This document shows positions 9,056-16,951 of a stretch of 64,000 bases of DNA, piece by piece. Below the pieces are notes generated by a model, which worked only from the letters and a program-made list of their open reading frames with translations, had not been told where the DNA came from and did no database searches. The stretch lies in NCBI RefSeq assembly GCF_022773585.1, contig NZ_JALEZZ010000021.1, one strand, 5' to 3'. Origin of the DNA: Selenomonas sp. GTDB taxonomy: Bacteria; Bacillota; Negativicutes; Selenomonadales; Selenomonadaceae. A program made the translations under genes and the position numbers. Positions within the stretch are counted from its first letter, which is position 1, and every line of letters starts with the position of its first letter.

Positions 9056-10252
9056 TCAATGTTCTGCCTCTGGCGCTGCAAAAGCCCCGTGCCAGGTGAT
9101 GTCACGATAGCGCTCGCGGTCAGTCGCGCCTTCCGTGCTGATGCAGAGGATGGTCGAGTCCTTGCCAAGGCCGACGGCTTCCGCAAGCGCCTTGTTTTCC
9201 TCGCGTCCGAGGAGGGCGAGCGCCGCACCGACGCCGGAGGCTCCGCTCTCGCCAGAGATGATGCGCGGGTCGTCCCCAAGCGGCGCACCGAGCGTCCGCA
9301 TGGCATCGGCGGCCGTGAAGTCCTCGCAGGTCAGAGCGAAATCAGACGTATGCTGGAGGATGTCCCATGCGATGCTGCACGGCTCGCCACAGGCCAGCCC
9401 CGCCATGATGGTTTTCATGTCTCCTTCGGCGAAATGGCGCTTTCCGTCATTGGCAGCCGCCGAACGATAAAAGCAGTCCGCCGTCGTCGGCTCGACGATG
9501 AGAATGGTCGGCGGGTTCTCTGGCCAGGCGGCTTTCAGCACGGCTGCAACACCAGCCGCCATCGAGCCGACACCGGCCTGCAAAAAGACATGCGTCGGCG
9601 GTTCCGACATCGCCTCGACGATTTCCGCCGCCATCGTCCCGTAGCCCGTGATGATCCAGCCGGGGATTTCCTCGTAGCCGGGCCACGCCGTATCCTGCAC
9701 GAGCACCCAGCCGTTCTTTTCGGCCTGCTCGCTCGCCATGCGCACGACATCGTCATACTTGAGGTCCGTGATCGACGCCTCGGCCCCTGCGGCGCGGATG
9801 TTTTCGAGGCGCTCGGGACGGCTGCCCTTCGGCATGTAAACGACGGAATGCTGGCCGAGCGCATGCGCCGTCCATGCCACGCCGCGTCCGTGGTTCCCGT
9901 CCGTCGCCGTGATGAACGTGATGTCGCCGCAGGCGGCGCGAAATGCTTTTGACGTCAATGTCGCATACGTCGTCTCGTCCGGCCGCAAGCCAGCCCGCCG
10001 CGCGAGGTAGCGCCCGATGGCGTAGCTGCTGCCGAGCACCTTGAATGCATTGAGGCCGAAGCGATACGACTCGTCCTTTACGAAAAACCGATGGACGCCA
10101 TACGCCTCGGCGAGATGGCGCAGGTCACAGAGCGGCGTCGGCGCATACTGCGGAAACGACGCATGGTAGCGCCGCGCATCCGCAACAGCCTCGGCGCTCA
10201 TGAGCCCGCGGCTGTCCCCATTCTTTTCTCCTGGCATCTTTGCAAGCTGCAT
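9056..10252 (-). CDS. dpaL: Diaminopropionate ammonia-lyase (PLP-dependent, YgeX/DpaL type)
   Basis: ATG at 10252 with GGAGGA upstream. FVKDESYRFGLNAFKVLGSSYA is the family PLP-lysine motif, inside a tryptophan-synthase-beta-like fold. Confidence 0.8.
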   Translation of the reverse strand: MQLAKMPGEKNGDSRGLMSAEAVADARRYHASFPQYAPTPLCDLRHLAEAYGVHRFFVKDESYRFGLNAFKVLGSSYAIGRYLARRAGLRPDETTYATLTSKAFRAACGDITFITATDGNHGRGVAWTAHALGQHSVVYMPKGSRPERLENIRAAGAEASITDLKYDDVVRMASEQAEKNGWVLVQDTAWPGYEEIPGWIITGYGTMAAEIVEAMSEPPTHVFLQAGVGSMAAGVAAVLKAAWPENPPTILIVEPTTADCFYRSAAANDGKRHFAEGDMKTIMAGLACGEPCSIAWDILQHTSDFALTCEDFTAADAMRTLGAPLGDDPRIISGESGASGVGAALALLGREENKALAEAVGLGKDSTILCISTEGATDRERYRDITWHGAFAAPEAEH

Positions 10253-10372
10253 CACGATTCCTCCATTCCAAATGTCTCTTGATACGATGATTCTACCATA
10301 TCGAACAAGCATGCGAAAAGAGGTTTCCAAGAAAAACGAGCTACTATAGATTTATGAAAGAAGGGAGTCATC

Positions 10373-10936
10373 ATGTGCAGCAGATACGGCATCGGAGAGC
10401 ATATCGGGACGTGGCTGGCGAAATATGGATGGCATCAGACGCTCTCCGCCAATGACATCCATCCGCAAGACCTTGCGCCCGTCCTCGTCGCGCGCGGCAG
10501 AATGCTCCGAGCACTCCCGATGCGCTGGGGCATGCAGAATCCGAAGTCGGGAGCGCTCGTCATCAATGCACGGAAAGAGACGGCCACACAGAAGCCGATG
10601 TTTTCCGAAAGTCTCCGAAGCCGCCGCTGCATCCTCCCGGCAACGAAGTTCTATGAATGGGATGCAGCGAAGCAACGAGTGACATTTTCTCCCGTTACAG
10701 GCGGACGCCTCTACCTCTGCGGCCTGTACCGCATGGAGGAAGACGTCCCGCATTTCGTCATCCTGACGAAACCAGCCGGCGAGATCATGCAGCCTGTCCA
10801 TGACCGCATGCCCGTCATGGTCGCAGAAGATGACATCGATCCATGGCTGACGGATGCAGCGCAGGCAATGGCCCTGCTCGAGAGCGAAGTCCCGCTCCAG
10901 CGATCTCCCATCGTTGAAGAGCTCTCCCTTTTTTAG
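10373..10936 (+). CDS. SOS-response-associated peptidase (SRAP/YedK, DUF159)
   Basis: Starts MCSRYG (catalytic Cys2), followed by ...INARKETA...RRCILPATKFYEW...HDRMPVM... Confidence 0.85.
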   Translation: MCSRYGIGEHIGTWLAKYGWHQTLSANDIHPQDLAPVLVARGRMLRALPMRWGMQNPKSGALVINARKETATQKPMFSESLRSRRCILPATKFYEWDAAKQRVTFSPVTGGRLYLCGLYRMEEDVPHFVILTKPAGEIMQPVHDRMPVMVAEDDIDPWLTDAAQAMALLESEVPLQRSPIVEELSLF

Positions 10937-11020
10937 CCTTTCCCTCGTTCCGTGGAAGCAACATATCCTGTGGCATCTGCCGATGTAATTTCCCTTCGAG
11001 ACCCCATAGAACGAGCAAAG

Positions 11021-11066
11021 CGCCGAGGAGCCGCATTCTGACGCGGCTCCCCGGCGCTTGTATTTG
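11021..11066 (+). terminator. Probable terminator after the SRAP gene
   Basis: Stem CGCCGAGGAGCCGC / GCGGCTCCCCGGCG followed by a weak T-tract (CTTGTATTTGT). Confidence 0.5.
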
Positions 11067-11120
11067 TGCGAACTTATGGAATCGATGGGCTGAACTGCAA
11101 GCTGTACTGGCATCAAGCCG

Positions 11121-11543
11121 CTATATCTTCCGTTCGAGATTCCTGAGCACTTCTTCTGTGACGTTGCCACGCAATCCGCGCTTGAACAGCCGGGCATGGT
11201 GCATAATGTCCCTGACGTTCTCTATATACTCCTGCTCCGTCTGCAACATCTCCGGCGGCATGATGTCGTCCTGCACGAGCTCTGGCAAGACAGCACATTC
11301 CTTTTCCAGTTCCCTCAAATTCTTTTGCTGGGTAAGCAGCAATCCGATGTTGCCTTTTTCCACCTTGCTCATGACCGTATCTATCTTGTCGTGCAGAGCG
11401 TTGATTTTTACCATGTGCTCTTTTAACAGCAGAAGCTGACGCCGTTTTTTCTGCAGGACAGCCATATTCCCTGCTTCATGCCCGCTATAATCATGGCAGT
11501 CGAATTCATGTTCCATTGTCTTGTGCATCCCTTTCTTTCCCAC
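11121..11543 (-). CDS. Hypothetical protein, predicted coiled-coil, no family assigned
   Basis: 140-aa ORF with heptad-like charged segments. The start is uncertain (M1, M6 or M10). Confidence 0.45.
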   Translation of the reverse strand: MGKKGMHKTMEHEFDCHDYSGHEAGNMAVLQKKRRQLLLLKEHMVKINALHDKIDTVMSKVEKGNIGLLLTQQKNLRELEKECAVLPELVQDDIMPPEMLQTEQEYIENVRDIMHHARLFKRGLRGNVTEEVLRNLERKI

Positions 11544-11658
11544 TTTTTGCGCGATGATTCCATGCTCCGAATTCTACAAATCCTCAAAAAATCCCTCTTG
11601 CTCCCGCAACAAGCCTCGATTCTTCCCTTTTCGTATCTTGCGTCTATTCATGACCAAA

Positions 11659-12081
11659 TCACATCTGATTTTTCCCGCAGAGCTCGACGGTCTTCTCGTC
11701 CATCTCTCCAGCGAAAAACTTGTCCAGCACGCGCTGAAAGACCGTGCTGGAAGGCTCTGCCAGCGCAAAGAGCGTCATGGACGAGTGCAGTTTCAAGTTG
11801 TCAGGAAAGCCCATGACATCCTCTGCATCGTTCGATGGCAGGGTGAGCAGCGCTTCGCTGATTTCGAGCAGACGCATTCGGAGAACGGGCTCTGCAAGGT
11901 ATTCCCGCGCCTCGTCCAAGTCGCGGATGCCGTAGTATTCCGACGTCGAACTCCTGCCGAGCCCTTTGAGCTGCGGAAAGATGTACCAGATCCAATGCGT
12001 TTGCTTGCGGCCTGCACGGATTTCCCGCAGAGCGACGCCATAGTCTCCTTCTTGTGCTTTCAAAAAACGATCGATGGACAT
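11659..12081 (-). CDS. DUF1810 family protein
   Basis: MSIDRFLKAQEGDYGVALREIRAGRKQTHWIWYIFPQLKGLGRSSTSEYYGI... closely matches the conserved DUF1810 N-terminus (HWMWYIFPQ). Confidence 0.8.
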   Translation of the reverse strand: MSIDRFLKAQEGDYGVALREIRAGRKQTHWIWYIFPQLKGLGRSSTSEYYGIRDLDEAREYLAEPVLRMRLLEISEALLTLPSNDAEDVMGFPDNLKLHSSMTLFALAEPSSTVFQRVLDKFFAGEMDEKTVELCGKNQM

Positions 12082-12266
12082 GTGCTTTCACTCCGTTCAT
12101 CCCTGTTTCCGGCGCTGCAAAGACGCCGTGCCGGGCGATGTCGCAGCATCCTTCCAAACGTCTCCTGCTACGATGATTCTATCATATCGAATGGGCGTGT
12201 GAAAAGAAGCAGACGCCGCGAGCATCCTCCAATTTTCAAAATCCCTGCCAGCGAAAGGAGAACACC

Positions 12267-12542
12267 ATGAAAAATATCCTCGCATTCACGTTGAAAGGCT
12301 GCCCGTATTGCCGCAGCGCACAGAAAGCCTATGCGGCGCTCCATCAGAAACCAGCCTATCGGGATGTTTCCATCGACTGGATCGACGAGACCGAGCATCC
12401 TGAGCTTGCCTCGAAATACGATCATTACTACTGCCCGTCCATCTTCGTCGATGGCAAGAAGATTTATGAAGCGCATCCTGGTGACGATGACGATACCATC
12501 TTCCGCATGGTCGAAAGATCCATGCAGGCAGCACTTTCGTAA
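12267..12542 (+). CDS. Glutaredoxin/thioredoxin-fold protein (CPYC)
   Basis: 91 aa. FTLKGCPYCRSAQ is the active site, and ...CPSIFVDGKKIYE is typical of the glutaredoxin fold. Confidence 0.75.
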   Translation: MKNILAFTLKGCPYCRSAQKAYAALHQKPAYRDVSIDWIDETEHPELASKYDHYYCPSIFVDGKKIYEAHPGDDDDTIFRMVERSMQAALS

Positions 12543-12547
12543 GGGAA

Positions 12548-13105
12548 TCACTTCCCCAGCTTGCGTTCCAAAAATGGCGCGACCAGATGCTCGGCGTCAT
12601 GATTGATTTCCGCCAGCGCCCAGCCGTGATACAGCGCCGTCTGGACGAATGCGTTTGCGAACTGCGTCTCGTAACTCGTCCCGATGACAAGCAAAATCTT
12701 CTCCTGCCGACGCTTGTCTGCGCCGTTCGTTGCCCGCTGCAAGAGGTCGAAGGCCTGTTCGTAGAAGGCCTGTTCGCCATACAGCACCATCGTGCCATCT
12801 TCGAGATTTCCGTGGCACTCGACAACGGTTTTCGAGCCAGCCTTCTGATGCAGGCCGTCCACGTTCATCGTCACTACAGGGATGTCATGCGCCGCGAGCG
12901 CGCGATGCGCTGCATTCGGCTCCTTGCCGCGCATGTTGTCCTTCATCTGCTGGACAACGCGATCGAACTCTTCCAGATGCTTTGCACGATAACGGACATC
13001 GAGCTTGTTCTTGATTCCCGGGATGTCTTGAAACGTCGGAATGCCGGACGCTTTGGAAATGCCTGCGCCGGTCAGCGCAAGAATGAAAGGCTTTGGAGAT
13101 TCCAT
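12548..13105 (-). CDS. Minimal Sir2-family (sirtuin-like) NAD-utilising protein lacking the zinc-ribbon module
   Basis: GAGISKASGIPTF, TMNVDGLHQKAG, VECHG and LLVIGTSYE...AEINHD match sirtuin motifs. Only ~8 residues separate the catalytic His from VLYGE, and there are no CxxC pairs. 185 aa. Confidence 0.75.
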   Translation of the reverse strand: MESPKPFILALTGAGISKASGIPTFQDIPGIKNKLDVRYRAKHLEEFDRVVQQMKDNMRGKEPNAAHRALAAHDIPVVTMNVDGLHQKAGSKTVVECHGNLEDGTMVLYGEQAFYEQAFDLLQRATNGADKRRQEKILLVIGTSYETQFANAFVQTALYHGWALAEINHDAEHLVAPFLERKLGK

Positions 13106-13117
13106 ATCGTTTTCCTC

Positions 13118-13597
13118 CTAACGTGCTTCTACCAGCAAACGGATCAGTCGCTCGAATTTTTCTGCAAACCGTTCATCGTTCTCTGCCGTCCGCTTGCGCG
13201 GGCCTTTGAGATGCGTCTTTTTCGAAGAGCGACGTGCCTTCTTGACGACATATCGTTCTTGGAGCAGGCGGTCGATGTTTTCAGCCGTATACTGCCAGCC
13301 GTTCTGATGGACGGCATGCGCGCCCTTTCCAAGCACCATCGCGGCGACGCCGTAGTCCTGTGTGACGACGACGTCGCCTTTTTGGCATGCATTCGCGACA
13401 GCGATGTCCACGGCATCCGCGCCTGCCCCGATGACATGAACCTCCCCCACCTCGGATTGCAGAACATGGTTCGTGTCGCAGTAAAGATGCAGCGACACGC
13501 CATACTGTTTTGCGATGCGCTCGATCTCCGGCACAACGGGACAAGCATCGGCATCGACAAGAATCTGGAACAATTGTAAACTCACCTCCGGCATCAT
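13118..13597 (-). CDS. YaiI/YqxD (DUF188, UPF0178) family protein
   Basis: ILVDADACPVVPEIERIAKQYGVSLHLYCD...DAVDIAVANACQKGDVVVTQDYGVAA. The start may be 13597 or 13594. Confidence 0.8.
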   Translation of the reverse strand: MMPEVSLQLFQILVDADACPVVPEIERIAKQYGVSLHLYCDTNHVLQSEVGEVHVIGAGADAVDIAVANACQKGDVVVTQDYGVAAMVLGKGAHAVHQNGWQYTAENIDRLLQERYVVKKARRSSKKTHLKGPRKRTAENDERFAEKFERLIRLLVEAR

Positions 13598-13618
13598 TTT
13601 CCTCTGTCCCCTTTCGCA

Positions 13619-14584
13619 TCACAGGTGATGCAACGCCTCAGCAAACGACGCACAGATCTTCTGGATTTCCTCCCGTTTGAGCAGTGCGTCCTGCCATTCT
13701 TTCGGAATCGCGCCGAGCCCATACGCCAGCCCTGCGAGGCCTCCGGCAATCGCGCCGACCGTATCGGTATCTTCTCCGAGATTGACGGCTTTGAGGACGC
13801 AGTCTGCATAGCTTTTCGTTGTCATCAGGCAGTAGAGCACGGCTTCGAGCGTATCGACGACGTAGCCGCTGCTGCGGATACCATCGAGCGGGAGCGCGCG
13901 AAACGCTGCGGTATCCCAGAGACGGTGATACGTCTCTACTTCCCCGCGGAAACGGCCGTTTTCGCGATAACGATCATGTGCCTCAGCCAGTCCGTCTTTG
14001 ATGGCATCCTCGAGCCCCATGCCATCGAGCAGGCGCACGGCGATGAGCACGTAGATGCCGCAGGCCATCTGGCTGCGCGGATGCGCATGCGTGAGGGACG
14101 AGACATCGTGGACTTCTTCGAGCGCCTCGTCCGGCAGCCGGCTTCCATATTTCGCATAAAGATACGGCACCATCGGCGCGATGCGCATGAGCGAACCGTT
14201 ACCGTTGTCGCCTTCTCCGCGCCCGCCACATTCTACTGGCGAAAATCCCTGCTTGAAATTGTAGATGGCAAGGCCGCAAGTGCGCCCCATGTCGAACACC
14301 TCGCCCGTCGGCGTGAAGGCCGCCTCGTCCATCCACTTCCGAAAATTCTCCATGACGTCCGCAAGATCAAGACATCCCAATCGTCCGATGCTCTCTGCGA
14401 GCGCGAGCGTCATGCTCGTATCATCCGACCATGCACCAGCTGGCACAGGATGCGACCCGAACCCGCGCATCTCGTGGACAGGATCTGCCAAAAGCTCCTC
14501 ACGACCACGAAACTCCACGGGCACGCCGAGCGCATCCCCGATGGCGTGTCCGAGAAACAAGGCTTCGATCTGTTTCTTTTCCAT
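13619..14584 (-). CDS. ADP-ribosylglycohydrolase (ARH/DraG) family protein
   Basis: ATG at 14584 with GGGAGGGG upstream. Motifs: GHAIGDALGVPVEF, WSDDTSMTLA, GEDTDTVGAIAGGLAGLAYG. Confidence 0.85.
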   Translation of the reverse strand: MEKKQIEALFLGHAIGDALGVPVEFRGREELLADPVHEMRGFGSHPVPAGAWSDDTSMTLALAESIGRLGCLDLADVMENFRKWMDEAAFTPTGEVFDMGRTCGLAIYNFKQGFSPVECGGRGEGDNGNGSLMRIAPMVPYLYAKYGSRLPDEALEEVHDVSSLTHAHPRSQMACGIYVLIAVRLLDGMGLEDAIKDGLAEAHDRYRENGRFRGEVETYHRLWDTAAFRALPLDGIRSSGYVVDTLEAVLYCLMTTKSYADCVLKAVNLGEDTDTVGAIAGGLAGLAYGLGAIPKEWQDALLKREEIQKICASFAEALHHL

Positions 14585-14693
14585 GAACGCCCCTCCCATG
14601 AAAATCACTTTTTTCTATTCCTGTTTTACCACAGATTCCATATTTTTTCTATTCTCCCACAAGCATTCATGAACCTCTAAAATCTCGTCTTCT

Positions 14694-15314
14694 TCATTTT
14701 TCAAGCGCCCCTTTCAAAACGTCACGCTTTGACGATGATTTCTGCTTGCACACGAGCTGCGTCAGCGTCCCCATCGGGCAATAGACGCACCACGACCGCG
14801 GACGGAACCAGAGCATCGTCGCGATTGCGATGATTTCCGACGTCAGCATGAAGCTGTAGAGCTGGAAGGCAAACGAGGCCACCCACGGCTCTGTGCCGCC
14901 TGCATACGCCCACTGCCACGGTACTTGCACGCTCCAGAGAATCGTAATGACCTCCGAGAGGCTTCCTGCGCCGTGCGCGATGAGCCAGGTCGTATAGATG
15001 ATATTCCCGAACATCGCGAAGAAAAACACCATGAACGCATAGCGGAACGGCTTTCCTTTCATCCACGCAGGCATCTCGTGACCGCGCGAAAATCCGAGCT
15101 GGCCGCCGAACATCCGCAGGAACTGCCCGCGGTCGCAGTAACGGTTGCAGAAGCCCTTCGTCCCGAAGCCGAACGCAAACACGAGCGGCAGCAAAAAGCT
15201 CACGAGGCCGAGCCAGGCAAAGAGAATGTTGAAAAAGCCCGCAGCAAAGAAGAACAGCGAGTAGAGCCAGAGATAGTGATACCAGTGACGCTCCGCCGGC
15301 CGGATCCGTTTCAT
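14694..15314 (-). CDS. Polytopic membrane 4Fe-4S-binding-like protein (COG0348-like)
   Basis: ATG at 15314. Several TM segments with Cys motifs GFCNRYCDRG and WCVYCPMG. The start overlaps the upstream ferredoxin stop by 4 nt. Confidence 0.5.
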   Translation of the reverse strand: MKRIRPAERHWYHYLWLYSLFFFAAGFFNILFAWLGLVSFLLPLVFAFGFGTKGFCNRYCDRGQFLRMFGGQLGFSRGHEMPAWMKGKPFRYAFMVFFFAMFGNIIYTTWLIAHGAGSLSEVITILWSVQVPWQWAYAGGTEPWVASFAFQLYSFMLTSEIIAIATMLWFRPRSWCVYCPMGTLTQLVCKQKSSSKRDVLKGALEK

Positions 15315-15508
15315 GGCCGCACCTCCATCGTGATCACGCCCGCCGGGCACGCGCGGCTGCACATGCCGCAGCCAACGCACCGCGCTGCATCGACCACAGC
15401 ATAGCTTCCACGAAAAACCGAAATCGCCTTGCGCGGGCAGACATCCATGCAGCTTCCGCAGGCTACGCACGACCCGCGATCTGGCACGGCAATCCGTTTG
15501 AATTCCAT
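15311..15508 (-). CDS. 2x[4Fe-4S] ferredoxin
   Basis: MEFKRIAVPDRGSCVACGSCMDVCP...ARCVGCGMCSRACP. AGGACGGAG lies 5 nt upstream of ATG 15508. Confidence 0.8.
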   Translation of the reverse strand: MEFKRIAVPDRGSCVACGSCMDVCPRKAISVFRGSYAVVDAARCVGCGMCSRACPAGVITMEVRP

Positions 15509-15599
15509 TGGCTCCGTCCTTTCCATTTCTTGCAAAATCATCAAACGAATAAGGGACTGTCGCAACAGCCCCTTACATATATTCACAACGTGCCCTATC

Positions 15600-15908
15600 T
15601 CACCCCAGCAGCGCCTCGACCTGCTCCTTTGGCACGAGGCCGACGGACTGGTTCGTGAGTTTGCCGTTCTCGAAGACGAGGAGCGTCGGGATGCTCATGA
15701 TCTGGAACTTGTTCGCGAGCTCCGGCTGTTCGTCGACGTTGACTTTGCCGACTTTGATGTCCGTGTGCTCGCTCGCGACCTGGTCGACGATGGGCGAGAG
15801 CATGCGGCACGGGCCGCACCACGAGGCCCAGAAGTCGACGAGGACTTTGCCCTGTGCGCTTTCAACTTCGCTTGCAAAATTTTCTGCCGTGATTTCTACT
15901 GTTGCCAT
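15600..15908 (-). CDS. trxA: Thioredoxin
   Basis: 102 aa, VDFWASWCGPCRM active site. Confidence 0.95.
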   Translation of the reverse strand: MATVEITAENFASEVESAQGKVLVDFWASWCGPCRMLSPIVDQVASEHTDIKVGKVNVDEQPELANKFQIMSIPTLLVFENGKLTNQSVGLVPKEQVEALLG

Positions 15909-16050
15909 GATGAATTCCTCCTATGATGTGCGGCGACGCTTCGCTGGCCGCGCGCTATGTGCTTGTCTTTCGTTTCCTAGGATGATTTCATTATAGCCCC
16001 TAGGGGTATTTCTTTCCGTGAGCAGGTCACTTTTGCAAAAAATTGCTTTA

Positions 16051-16845
16051 TTATCCGAGCGCAACGTCGAGCGCCATCATCAGCGTGAAGCCGAAGGCAA
16101 ACGCGAGGACGCCGATGTTCGTGTGCTCGCCCGCGCTCATTTCGGGGATGAGTTCTTCGACGACGACATAGAGCATCGCACCTGCCGCAAACGACAGCAG
16201 ATACGGGAGTACAGGGATGACGAAGCTCGCGGCGAGGATGGTCAGGAAGCCTCCAATGGGCTCGACGAGGCCGGAAAGCACGCCGAGGCGGAACGCTTTC
16301 GCGCGTGATTCGCCCGCCGCTCGGAGTGGCAGTGAGACGATGGCACCCTCGGGGAAGTTCTGAATCGCGATGCCGATGGAGAGCGCAAGTGCGGCGCTGA
16401 CCGTGATGTCGCCACCGCCTGCCGCCCAGCCCGCGAGCACGACGCCGACGGCCATGCCCTCGGGGATGTTGTGGAGCGTGACGGCAAGCGCCATCATGAT
16501 GGTTTTCGAGAGATGGCTTTTCGGCCCTTCTGCCTCGTCACTATTCAAATGGAGATGCGGGATGATGTGGTCGAGCAGAAGAAGAAACAGCGTGCCGATC
16601 CAGAAACCTGCGACGGCGGGCAGGAATGCGAGGTCGCCAAGGTGCGCACTCTCCTCCATCGCAGGGATCAAGAGGCTCCAGACAGAGGCCGCGACCATGA
16701 CGCCAGCCGCGAAGCCCAAAAGCATCTTCTGCACGTGCACGGAGAGCTCTTCCTTCATGAAGAACACGCAGGCCGCACCGAGCGCCGTGCCGAGAAAGGG
16801 AATGGCCAGCCCTTCGAAAATGATGGGTGAAAAGATTTCGTGCAT
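16051..16845 (-). CDS. zupT: ZIP-family divalent-metal (zinc) transporter
   Basis: ATG at 16845 after GGGAGG. HNIPEGMAVG and QNFPEGAIVS are ZIP signature helices. Confidence 0.75.
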   Translation of the reverse strand: MHEIFSPIIFEGLAIPFLGTALGAACVFFMKEELSVHVQKMLLGFAAGVMVAASVWSLLIPAMEESAHLGDLAFLPAVAGFWIGTLFLLLLDHIIPHLHLNSDEAEGPKSHLSKTIMMALAVTLHNIPEGMAVGVVLAGWAAGGGDITVSAALALSIGIAIQNFPEGAIVSLPLRAAGESRAKAFRLGVLSGLVEPIGGFLTILAASFVIPVLPYLLSFAAGAMLYVVVEELIPEMSAGEHTNIGVLAFAFGFTLMMALDVALG

Positions 16846-16852
16846 GAAAAAA

Positions 16853-16895
16853 CCTCCCTGTCGAAAAGTTCTTGTGGTTCTTTTCGACAGGGAGG
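16853..16895 (-). terminator. 16-bp perfect hairpin plus U-tract after bioA; its 3' arm contains the zupT Shine-Dalgarno
   Basis: Minus strand: CCTCCCTGTCGAAAAG - 11-nt loop - CTTTTCGACAGGGAGG TTTTTT CATG. Confidence 0.7.
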
Positions 16896-16951
16896 TCAGA
16901 AATCCTGCTTTCGTCAATGTTGGAGGGGGTATGGGGGTTCAGGTTTCACAG

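Noticed and set aside
12267-13105. The glutaredoxin-like gene as a fourth member of the Sir2/ARH/DUF188 module.
   Set aside because: It is on the opposite strand and convergent with the Sir2-like gene (stops 5 nt apart), so it is a separate transcription unit. A functional link cannot be inferred from this window.
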